Assembly: GCF_004010195.1 (NCBI RefSeq)
Contig: NC_057754.1
Span: forward strand, 6,153,971 to 6,173,970
From: Chiloscyllium plagiosum
Taxonomy: Eukaryota
DNA length: 20,000 bases
Direction of reading: 5' to 3'
Under the pieces are notes generated by a model that was not told the origin of the DNA, did no database searches, and saw only the letters and a list, made by a program, of their open reading frames with translations. Below, in pieces: positions 10,441-19,469 of the stretch (position 1 is its first letter; every line of letters begins with the position of its first letter). The position numbers and the translations under genes were made by a program.

Positions 10441-11057
10441 GATAATGTGAGTACAGACACAGTATTTTCCTGTTCAGGCCAAGGCTGGTAGGTGTAGAGA
10501 ATGCTGCATGACTAGAGAAATTGAGACTCTGGTCAAGAAAATGAAGGAGGGATATGGCAGGTATGGAGAGCTGTGTTTGTGTGACTCCCTAGAGGAGTGT
10601 ACTCTCGGGAAACCAGGAGAGCAAAAAGAGGACATGGGATAGCTTGGGAACTTGGTTTCAGGAGAATCCAAAGAGATTAGACAAATATACTATGGACAAA
10701 AGAGTAACCAGGCAGAGAATAGCAACCCTCAAAAATCAGTAAGGCTGTCTATGGAACCGCAGTCGGTGGGAGAGATTCTGTAAGTATTTCACATCAGTTT
10801 TTACTGAAAAATGATATGAAAGCTAGAGAGTTGGGAGAAATAAATAGTGATAACTTGGCAATTATTCATATTATTGTGGAGGAGGTACTGGATGTCTTAA
10901 AAAGCAGAAAGGTGGATAAATCCCAGGGATCTGAGTAGGTGTATCCCAGAACTTTGTGGGAAGGCAGGGAAGTGATTGCTGGGCCCCTCGCTGAGATATT
11001 TGTATCATCGATTGCCACAGAAAAGGTGCTGGGAGATGGGTGCCATTATTTGAGAAA

Positions 11058-11194
11058 ATTAAAAATCACACACCAGGTTATAGTCAAACAGGTTTAATTG
11101 GAAGTGTGCTTCCAATTAAACTGGTTGTACTATAACCTGGCGTTGTGTGATTTCTAACTTTTTACACCCCAGTCCAACACTGATATCTCCAAAT
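11058..11194. mobile_element. Collapsed Penelope-like terminal inverted repeat (hairpin) with 14-bp target-site duplication
   Basis: Arms at 11063-11104 and 11109-11153 with loop TGTG. CATTATTTGAGAAA is duplicated at 11044-11057 and 11195-11208, splitting the CR1 PLFEKGSKEKPGNYRP coding stretch. Confidence 0.8.
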
Positions 11195-11468
11195 CATTAT
11201 TTGAGAAAGGTAGTAAGGAAAAGCCAGGGAACTATAGACCGGTGAGCCTGAAGTCAGTGGCAGGCAAGTTGTTGGAAGGGATTCTCAGGGACAGAATTTA
11301 CATGTCATTGGAAAGGCAAGAACAGATTAGGGATAGTCAGCATGGCTTTGTGCATGGAAGTCATTAACTTGGACTTGAGAAAGACACAAGGTTCCACATA
11401 ACAGGCTGGTTAGCAAGTTCAACACCACGGAATTAGCTATTTGGATACAAAATTGGTTGGAAGATCAA

Positions 11469-12544
11469 AGAGTCATAGATGTACAACACAGAAGCAGAGA
11501 CCCTTCGGTCCAACCAGCACATGCTGACCAGATATCCCAACACAATGTAGTCCCACCTGCCTGCACCCGGCCCATAACCTTGCTATTCATATACCCATCA
11601 AGATGCCTTATAAATGTTGCATTCGTCCTACCTCCATCACTTCCTCTGGCAGCTCATTCTATACTCGTACCACCTTCCGTGAAACAGTTTCCCCACAACT
11701 CTCTTCAAAGTCTTTCCCCTCTCACCCTAAATCAATGCCCTCTACTGCTGAGATCCACCACCCCAGGGAAGAGACTTTGTCTATCTATCCTATCCATACA
11801 CCTCATGATTTTATACACCTCTATAAGCTCACCTCTCAGCTTCTGACGCTCCAGGGAAAATAGCCCCAGTCTATTCAAAATCTATTCAACCCCCAGCTGA
11901 GCTCAAATCCTCCAATCCTGGTAACTTTCTTGTAAATCTTTTCTGAACCCTTTCAAGTTTCACAACATCCTTCTAATAGGAAGGAGACCAGATTTGTACG
12001 CAATATTCCAATAGTGGCCTCAACAATGCCCTGTACAGCCACAACATGACCTCCCAACTCCTGTACTTAATTTTCTAACCATATGCAGCCTTCACTATCC
12101 TATCTACCTGCGGCTCCACTTTCAAGGAGCTATGAACCTGCACTCCAAGGTCTCTTTGTTCAGTAACACTACTCAAGACCTTACCATTAAGTGTATAAGT
12201 CCTGCTAAGATTTGATTTCCCCAAATGCCATTCCTCAGCCCATTCACTCATCTGATCAAGATCCCGTTATACTCTGAGGTAATTGTTTTCACTGTCCACT
12301 ACACCTCCAACTTTGGTGTCATCTCACTAACTATGCCTGCTATGTTCACATCCAAGTCATTCATATAAATGACGAAAAATAGTGGATCCAGCACCGACAT
12401 TTGTGGCACTCCTCTGGACACAGGCCTCCAGTCTGAAAATCAACCTTCCACCACCACCCTCTATCTTCTGCCTTTGAGCGAGTTCTGGATCCCAATTGGT
12501 TAGTTCTCCCTGTATTCCATGAGCTCTATTCTTGCTGAGCAGTC
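11469..12544 (-). mobile_element. 5'-truncated CR1 nested in inverted orientation
   Basis: The 3' end is at about 11469 (AGAGTCATAGATGTACAACACAGAAG). It carries consensus-type LEYCVQI, and its 5' end reads RAHGIQGELTNW. Confidence 0.88.
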
Positions 12545-13574
12545 AGTGTCTTGGTGGAGGGTGCTTTTAGGACTGGAAGCCTGTGGTGAGCAAAATGATG
12601 TCAGGCTGGGTGTTGGGTCCACTGCTTATTGTCATTTATATCAATGATTTCCATGTGAATATAGGAGCTATGGTTAGTAGGTTTACAATAGACACCAACA
12701 TTTGAGGTGCAGTGGACAGTAAAATTACCTCAGCGTACAATGAGACTCCGATCAAATGGGCTGAGGAGTGGCAGATGAAGTTTAATTTTGATAAATGTGA
12801 GGTTCTGCATTTTGGAAAAGCAAATCAGGGCCTGACTTCTACACTTAATGGGAATGTCTTGGGCAGTGTTGCTGAACTAAGAGATCTTGGAGTGCACGTT
12901 CACAGTTCCTTGAAAGTGGAATCATAGATAGGCAGAGTAGTGAAGAAGCTGTTTAGTATTCTTGCCTTTGTCGGTCAGTGCATTGAGTCCAGGAGTTGTG
13001 ACGTCATTTTGCGGCTGTAGAGGACATTGATTCAGTCACTTCTGGAATTCTGTTTTCAGTCCTGGTCTCCCCACTATCGGAATGATATTGTGAAACTTGA
13101 AAGGATTCAGAAAAGATGTGCAAAGACGTTGCCAGGGTTGAGGGATTGAGCTATAGGGAGAGGCTGAATAGGCTGAGGCTGTTTTCACTGGAGAATCGGA
13201 TGCTGAGGGGTGACCATAGAGGTTGATAAAATCGTGAGGGGCATGGATAAGTCAAACAGCTAGGGTCTTATTCCTGTTTAGGTGAGTCCAAAACTAGAAA
13301 GCACAGGCGTGAGGGAAAAGATTAAAAAGGCATATTAGGGGCAAAGTTTCAAGCTGAACGTGGTATGTGTATGGAATAAGCTGCCAGAGAAAGTGTGGAG
13401 GCTGGTACAGTTAGAACATTTAAAAGGCATCTCACTGGATATGTGATTGGGAAAGGGTTAGAAGGTTATGGGCCAAGTGCTGGCATATGGGACGAGATTA
13501 ATTTAGGATATCTGGTCGGCGTGGACAATTTGGACTGAAGGGTCTGTTTCTATGCTGTACATCTCTATGGCACT

Positions 13575-14040
13575 AATAAATTAAAATTGAGGTAGGTTTC
13601 TCTTTTATGGAGAGTTAGCAGAAGGTCAGACAATTCTCCTTGGAGCTGAGAAGGTTAAGCAGTAATTTCGAACAGGAGTTGATTTATTTCCAGGATATTT
13701 CATTTACAGAGAGACAGTGAGAAATTTTTAACATCACAATTTTTAGTAACTATTTTCAGGTAACTGGCAACTAATGCAGTTTAAAAATGTGAAGATTATT
13801 TTACTCACTAAGTTCTGAGCATCTGGAACAGTTTGAAAGACAGCTGGATGCAGATTCAGTAGTTATTGTCAAAACAAATTTGAAATTTAACATTTTTAAG
13901 GAAAGATTTGGAGGGCTATGTCCAAATGGGAGGTGAGTTGGGACTGACTGGCACCATCTTCAGAGGGAGAGAGTACAGCCCCAATGGGCAGAATAGCCCC
14001 CAGCCCATGTGCTCTGTGATAATGACCTATTGACTGTGAA
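13575..14040 (+). mobile_element. Old CR1-like 3' fragment (paralog of 1-410)
   Basis: TTCTCCTTGGAGCTGAGAAGGTTAAG (FSLELRRL) and a degenerate 3' UTR ending ATGGGCAGAATAGCCCC. Confidence 0.55.
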
Positions 14041-14061
14041 TGATGAAGCTCATCACAGGGC

Positions 14062-14448
14062 AGAGCCGCAGAGATGTACAGCATGAAAATAAACCCTTTG
14101 GTTAAACTGATCCATGCTGACCAGTTATCCCAGTCTAATCTAGACCCATTTGCCAACACTTGGCACATATCACTCTCACCCTTCCTATTCGTATACCCAT
14201 CCTGATGCCAAATAGTATAATTGTACCAACATCCTTCACTTCCTGACAGAAGATTCCATATCCGCACCAATCTCAGTGGGGAAAAATAGTTGCCCCTCAA
14301 ATCCATGTTAAATTCTTCTCCTCTCATCTTAAACCTTTGGCCTCTCATTCTGGACTCCCCCACCCCAGGGAAACGACCTTGTCTATTTATCCTACCCAGG
14401 CCCCTCATGATTCTATAAACCTCTGAGGTCACCCCTCAGCCTCTGAGG
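14062..14448 (-). mobile_element. CR1 LINE 3' end
   Basis: ORF 13896-14432 begins EVYRIMRGLGRINRQGRFPGVGESRMRGQRFKMRGEEFNMDLRGNYF..VRIWNLL. Confidence 0.88.
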
Positions 14449-14450
14449 CA

Positions 14451-14518
14451 CCTGGGAGGATCCCACCACTCAGGTCACAATGGGGCCTTGGCTGATTGAC
14501 ACAGCTTCAGACCAATAG
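14451..14518 (+). promoter_or_regulatory. Third, more diverged copy of the promoter module (distal end only, cut by the gap)
   Basis: GGGAGGATCCCACCACTCAGGTCACAATGGGGCCTTGGCTGATTGACACAGCTTCAGACCAATAG aligns with 17560-17624 GGGAGGATCCCACCACTGACCTCACAATGGGCTCCAGCTGATTGATGGCAGCTTCGGACCAATAG. CCAAT is at 14512-14516. Confidence 0.75.
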
Positions 14519-15018
14519 NNNNNNNNNNNNNNNNNNNNNNNNNNNNNNNNNNNNNNNNNNNNNNNNNNNNNNNNNNNNNNNNNNNNNNNNNNNNNNNNNN
14601 NNNNNNNNNNNNNNNNNNNNNNNNNNNNNNNNNNNNNNNNNNNNNNNNNNNNNNNNNNNNNNNNNNNNNNNNNNNNNNNNNNNNNNNNNNNNNNNNNNNN
14701 NNNNNNNNNNNNNNNNNNNNNNNNNNNNNNNNNNNNNNNNNNNNNNNNNNNNNNNNNNNNNNNNNNNNNNNNNNNNNNNNNNNNNNNNNNNNNNNNNNNN
14801 NNNNNNNNNNNNNNNNNNNNNNNNNNNNNNNNNNNNNNNNNNNNNNNNNNNNNNNNNNNNNNNNNNNNNNNNNNNNNNNNNNNNNNNNNNNNNNNNNNNN
14901 NNNNNNNNNNNNNNNNNNNNNNNNNNNNNNNNNNNNNNNNNNNNNNNNNNNNNNNNNNNNNNNNNNNNNNNNNNNNNNNNNNNNNNNNNNNNNNNNNNNN
15001 NNNNNNNNNNNNNNNNNN
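14519..15018. other. Assembly gap (500 N, probably a placeholder length)
   Basis: Run of exactly 500 N. Confidence 1.
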
Positions 15019-15030
15019 CCAGAGATTTCA

Positions 15031-15195
15031 GGAGAAAAGGAACACTGCAGATGATGGAGATCAAAGTCAAGAGTCTGGTGCTGGAAAAGCACAGCAGGTC
15101 AGGGTGATGAAGGGCTTAGGCTCGAAACATCGATTCTCCTTCTCCTCAGATGTTGCCTGACCTGTTGTGCTTTTCCATCACCACAATCTCAATAT
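15031..15195. mobile_element. Collapsed Penelope-like termini with 28-bp inverted arms and a hammerhead-like core
   Basis: Arms at 15076-15103 and 15156-15183 (2 mismatches in 28). Between them is gTGATGAA-GGGC-TTAG-GCTC-GAAACATC. Confidence 0.75.
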
Positions 15196-15478
15196 CTTGG
15201 GATGGTGATGGCGGTGTCTGGCCATTGTCTGTAAGGGTTGATTTCATGAGTATGACTATGTCAGGCTGTTCCTTGATTGGTCTGTGAGACAGCTCTGCAC
15301 ATTTTGGCACCAAAATCCAGATGTTAGTCTGGAGGACGTTGCATCATCGAGACGGCTGATTCTGTGGTTGTATTAAATGGTGCCTTCTTAGATGCCGAGT
15401 GGTCCATCCAGTTTCATTCCTGTGTTGAGACTTTGCAGTGATTATTACAGTGAGTAGCTGGCTGGGCCACTGTCAGGT
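15196..15478 (-). mobile_element. CR1/L2-type LINE 5' fragment (start of AP endonuclease)
   Basis: The minus strand reads NVLQTNIWILVPKCAELSHRPIKEQPDIVILMKS, typical of the N-terminal N..GL...PDIVILTES motif. Confidence 0.7.
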
Positions 15479-15479
15479 T

Positions 15480-15600
15480 GGCAGGATGTTTTTCGCCATT
15501 GACAATGGTTCCATGGAGATCAGGAGATTCCTAATTCCAGTTATTTTTTCTTGAATGCAGATTCCACCATCTGCCAAGATGGGATTCGAACCAGGACTTC
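15480..15600 (-). mobile_element. SacSINE1-like SINE 5' fragment
   Basis: Minus-strand B-box GGTTCGAATCCC (15581-15592) followed by ATCTTGGCAGATGGTGGAAT, as at 3320-3360. Confidence 0.65.
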
Positions 15601-15760
15601 AGTCGTTTGTTTTAATAGTTTGGATAAAAGTTAAATACATTAGGTTTGTTCACTCACTTTAAATATCATTTAGCCAGGTTTTGTTTCTTTGTGAAACACT
15701 GTTCATCATCCTGTCTCCTCCATCCTTCTCTCCAACAACAAGAGTTTGGAGCACATGGAA

Positions 15761-16615
15761 TTTCTCTGTCACTAAGACTGAGATAATCCGATCTGTTGCT
15801 TTCCTCCCTCCCACTAGCCCACTGAGTCAAACTGCCTCACGTGGTGTTCGCGGTTTTTGTCGTAAACTTACGTCTTCCTCCAGTCTCTTGTCAAGCCTTA
15901 TCAGAGCTCACCTTGACCCTTACCCTAATTTCACTGAACTATAGACTTTCCAACTCTCTTTCCTCCTCCTCCTCATCCGTCCCCCTCACCGATTCACAGA
16001 TATTATTCCTTGTTCTGTCTTTTCTGGTTATGTCCTTCTCTTCCAAAATCCTGCTCCATCTCCACTCTCCCTTTCCTTTCTGAATTCCTTGCATTTAGTG
16101 TCCTTGGTCCCTTCTGTATCTCACGTACATACTGCCAGGAGGTGACATTGTGCAAAAGTACCATGTTGGGTTTCACTGACGATGCCCAGCTCTCCCTCCC
16201 CATCATCCCTCTCCATTACTCCACTGTTACTCAGTTATCAAACTGCTTACCACATTCCCACTCCTCGATTAGGTGCAGTTTCCTCCAATGAAACATTGTA
16301 GTGGTTAAACCCGTTGCCTGACAAATTCCTTTCCCTTACTGCTGAGCCTCTCTCTCTCACTGGGAACTATGCAACAGAACTACACTCTTCACAGTATTGC
16401 AGTTATATCTGACGCGAAGCTGACCTTCTGATCAGACATCTACACAATCCCAAACACCAGGAATTCCAATCTCTTAAACGTTGCTTGTGTCCTCCTCACC
16501 CCAGCTCCATTGCTACTGAAACCCCTGACCGGTGTCGGTGTTGCCTTAAACTTGACGAATCCGAAACCGAACCCTTGATTCTGTGAATCACTCAGAATCT
16601 GGTTTCAAACTCCCC
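15761..16615 (+). mobile_element. L2/CR1-clade RT fragment (paralog of 8285-9190)
   Basis: SVLGP...GFTDDAQLSL in ORF 16010-16291, with an 8-nt deletion through the YADD codons relative to the left copy. Confidence 0.8.
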
Positions 16616-16671
16616 CCTCAGTATTTACCCTCCGACACATCAGTATTTATTCTGTCAAACCCCTTAAGAAT

Positions 16672-17204
16672 TTGGTGGTGCGGTCTGATTGTAGCTGGTG
16701 GAAATGACAGAGGATGATGTGTTGTATCTGAGTGGAAGGTAAGGACTTGGGGGGGATGTTCTATCCTTGTTGCAGTTGGAGGTGTGGGTTTCAAAGGCAG
16801 AGGTGCGGGAAGTGGAGAAGATATAGTGGATGGTATTGACCACATGGGAGGGGAAATTGCAGTCCTTGGAATACGGGGTCATTTGGTATGTTCTGGCCTC
16901 ACTGGAACACTGCAGTAAGCATGAGACAGAGATGTTGGCCAGGGAACAGGCTTGTGTGTTAAAGTGGCAGGCAGCTGGAAGCTCGGTGTCTGTTTTTGCA
17001 GCAGAACATAGATCATCAGTCGCCATTTCCGCCACCTCCACTGAGATGCTGCCAGACACAGGTTCCTGTCCCCTCCATTAACAGCTATGCACCACCCCCC
17101 CCCCCCCCCCCAGCCCAGATCGTAATCCACTCCTTTGTCTTTCCAAATGTTCTGGTCTCTCTTTGGGTTCTGTCCCTCCCTATTATTTACACTTTAACCC
17201 CTAT
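16672..17204 (-). mobile_element. Penelope-like fragments (paralog of 7707-8230)
   Basis: ORF 16664-17059 has ELPAACHFNTQACSLANISVSCLLQCSSEA...KDCNFPSHVV. Confidence 0.8.
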
Positions 17205-17510
17205 CTCCTGCAGTACAAAGACCTGCAGGTTAGTTGAATTGGCCAAGCTAAATTTCCCATAATGTTCAGGGATGTGTAGGTTAGGTATATTAGTCAGGAG
17301 AAATATACAGTAATAGGGTAGGGGAATGGGTCTGGGTGGGATACCCTTCGGAGGCACACTGTGGACTTTTTGGGCCGAGTGGCCTGTTTCAATGTTGTCA
17401 GGATTCTAATTTTCCCAGCTCCCATCGGTTCTGAGGAAGAGCCACTGGACAGATTTCTGTTCCCAGATGCTGCCAGACCTCCTGAGCTTTCCCAGCACCT
17501 TCTGCTTGTT
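17205..17510 (+). mobile_element. HE1-type SINE 3' half (17205-17410) plus Penelope terminal remnant (17411-17510); paralog of 7405-7706
   Basis: GCAGGTTAGTTGAATTGGCCAAGCTAAATTTCCCATA...GGGCCGAGTGGCCTGTTTC...GGATTCTA, then GTTCTGAGGAAGAGCC...CAGATGCTGCCAGACC. Confidence 0.78.
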
Positions 17511-17557
17511 GTTCCTGATTGACACCATCCATACACCTTCTGGGTGTGATTCAGACA

Positions 17558-17985
17558 GGGGGAGGATCCCACCACTGACCTCACAATGGGCTCCAGCTGA
17601 TTGATGGCAGCTTCGGACCAATAGGAAAAGGTGGTGGGACTGGTGGACCAAGTGGGACCAGCTGGTCATCCAAACAATGGGAGTGAATGAGGGTCGTGGC
17701 CAGTGGGATGACACGTCACCAGTAACCCAGCCGATGCAGTGCCACATGACTCGGGCATTGGTGAATGTGGGAGACACAAACAGGAAAGGGGAGATAATGA
17801 GTCACTTTAGACTGGGAAGTTTTAGTTACACTCTGTGTGGTTCGTATGTCTGAATTAGAATCTCTTAGTCCTGCGTTTGCAGCAGATGGGAAAACGGCTG
17901 CGGCCCTCAGGTGGTGATAGGTCCTGGGATATGGCCGCTATCTTTATTAGGGGCAAGGTACAGTGAGGCGCATGTGCATGTCCCC
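17558..17985 (+). promoter_or_regulatory. Promoter motif cluster, copy 2 (partly eroded)
   Basis: Retained: CCAAT 17618-17622, ACACGTCA 17711-17718, AP-1 TGAGTCA 17798-17804, NRF1-like GCGCATGTGCA 17968-17978. The YY1, Sp/KLF and E-box sites are mutated relative to copy 1. Confidence 0.6.
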
Positions 17986-18380
17986 TCCCTAGGATGGGGT
18001 GCGGGGGGCGGGGTTGTGCAACTTGAAGAGAGGCATTTACACATCAAGCACATACCAAGAAAAAAGTATGTCTTTATATTCTTCCTGCACTGACTGTGAG
18101 TTTTGTTTTGTGAATTCATTTCATAGGATATTAAATCAGAATAATTGAGGCTGGGATCTCAAAAGCAAATTTTTACGATCAATGGAGTCATCAGGATCTG
18201 AATTATCATTGGCATTTAACTGTGGAAGGAGAAAGGTTTGTCTGTTCTATTTGTGGGATAATGTCTCCAATATTTTTGTCAAGCAGAAAGATGTACAAAT
18301 TCATGGTTGGATCACCCTTTGGGTATGTGCTCTGTTCTGGGCCCTGCAGCTGAGGAAGGAGATATTGGCCTGAGAGGAAG
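17558..18380 (+). pseudogene. Decayed C2H2 zinc-finger gene 5' unit, copy 2
   Basis: Branchpoint CACTGAC 18088-18094 and acceptor TTTCATAG|GATATT with the exon starting at 18127. The frame from 18222 reads VEGERFVCSICGIMSPIF, the N-terminal half of a C2H2 finger with no His pair. Confidence 0.6.
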
Positions 18381-18574
18381 CACAGATTTATCCAAATTAC
18401 ACCTCGTCTCTTTGTGAGAACTCTCAGATTTAGACCCAATCACCCACTTCATGATGTTAACCAGTAAACTTCATATTTTCAATTACCTGTAAACTTCCCA
18501 TTAAAAGTCCTTTTGGACAAAAAATCCAGCGCCTTTTCAGGTGGAATGTTCCAGCTTCTGACAACTGTCTGTTC

Positions 18575-18770
18575 ATTCAGAAACTGCTGACGTCCATGTT
18601 GACTCTGGGGTTACAAAGGTCTGAATTGAAAGATGAGGTGCTATTCCTGAGCTCCCATTGAGATGCATTGGAATAGTACAGGAGGCTGAGGGCAGTGTAG
18701 GTGTGAGCAGACAATGAAAATGACAGGGCTGCACTGTGAGGGCTACTTGGATCAATGAGAGTGTTTTGGA
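18575..18770 (-). mobile_element. Penelope-like GIY-YIG C-terminal fragment (paralog of 6150-6341)
   Basis: Reverse complement match to 6150-6341. Confidence 0.62.
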
Positions 18771-18924
18771 GTTGGGTGTAAACAGAGTGAGGTGGGACAG
18801 GGAGAAGGTGAAGCTGAAAGTCCGTTTTAGTTCAGGCCGTTCAGAAATTCACCGTCCCAAAGGGAACAGCCAGTTTTTAAGTGATACCTGCGGAGTATTT
18901 GTTAACAGTTTTTAAAGTACTTTT

Positions 18925-19203
18925 CTGAGGGCAGTTGAGAGTTTACCACATTGCTGTAGGTCTGGAGTCACATGTAGGACAGACCAGGTGAGGATGACCG
19001 TTTCCTTCCCGACAGGACATTAGTGAACCAGAAGGGTTTCTAACAATTGACAAAATGGTTTCATGGTCATCATTCGCCATTTCATTATAGATTGTATTGA
19101 ATTCCGATACCACCATCAGCCATGTTGGGATTCTAACCCTAATCCTCGGAACACTGTACATATCACTCATCTGGCACGAATACCATTAAGCCATTGCCTC
19201 CCT
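18925..19203 (-). mobile_element. SacSINE1-like SINE (paralog of 5716-5990)
   Basis: CCACATTGCTGTAGGTCTGGAGTCACATGTAGG...GGACATTAGTGAACCAGA. Confidence 0.8.
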
Positions 19204-19469
19204 TCATAGCAATGTTTAAAAGAAAGTTCCATCATTCTACGAGTACAATTTGAGATAAAATACTGCAACGTCCATGTGTCAGCCTCTCCAAAAAGTCAAT
19301 CAAAAGAACATTTTGGGGGGGCGAAATATTTCACTTTTTTTTTTGGGGGGGGGGGCGTTATTAAACAAAAACGAATCCAGATAAAAAATCTTATGCCATG
19401 GACATGTAATTTCTGAGGCCGGAGGGGGATTACAGAGACAGGGAGGGTTGTGGAGCCAGAGAGGGATTA

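Larger units (their letters stand above)
9192..13570 (+). mobile_element. CR1 LINE ORF2 from endonuclease to 3' UTR, interrupted by four nested insertions
   Basis: Colinear pieces: 9192-9390 (GGRMAF..VVLREDI..SEVIWMELGNKKGMITLL), 9620-9775, 10470-11057, 11209-11470 (EKPGNYRPVSL) and 12541-13570 (KWAEEWQMKFNFDKCEVLHFG). The 3' end is TGCTGTACATCTCTATG. Confidence 0.88.
10660..13999. repeat. Older inverted segmental duplication, right arm (partner 1-2705), with later insertions
   Basis: It shares the CR1 3' junction and flank with 1-440, and the variant GAATTCTGTTTTCAG (EFCFQ). Confidence 0.78.

Noticed and set aside
14475..15107. Three long ORFs of about 190-205 aa
   Set aside because: Artefacts of reading through 500 N.
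15852..15860. Perfect V(D)J nonamer GGTTTTTGT, with heptamer-like CACAGTG near 5437 and CACAATG near 14476 and 17582
   Set aside because: No heptamer-nonamer pair at 12 or 23 spacing, and no V, D, J or C coding sequence.
17425..17460. CTGAGGAAG hammerhead half-site (and its twin near 7470-7482)
   Set aside because: The GAAAC half and stem III are deleted, so no ribozyme can form.
17908..17916. Possible splice donor CAG|GTGGTG (copy 1 CAG|GTGTTG)
   Set aside because: Poor match to GTRAGT; the first exon boundary cannot be assigned without transcripts.
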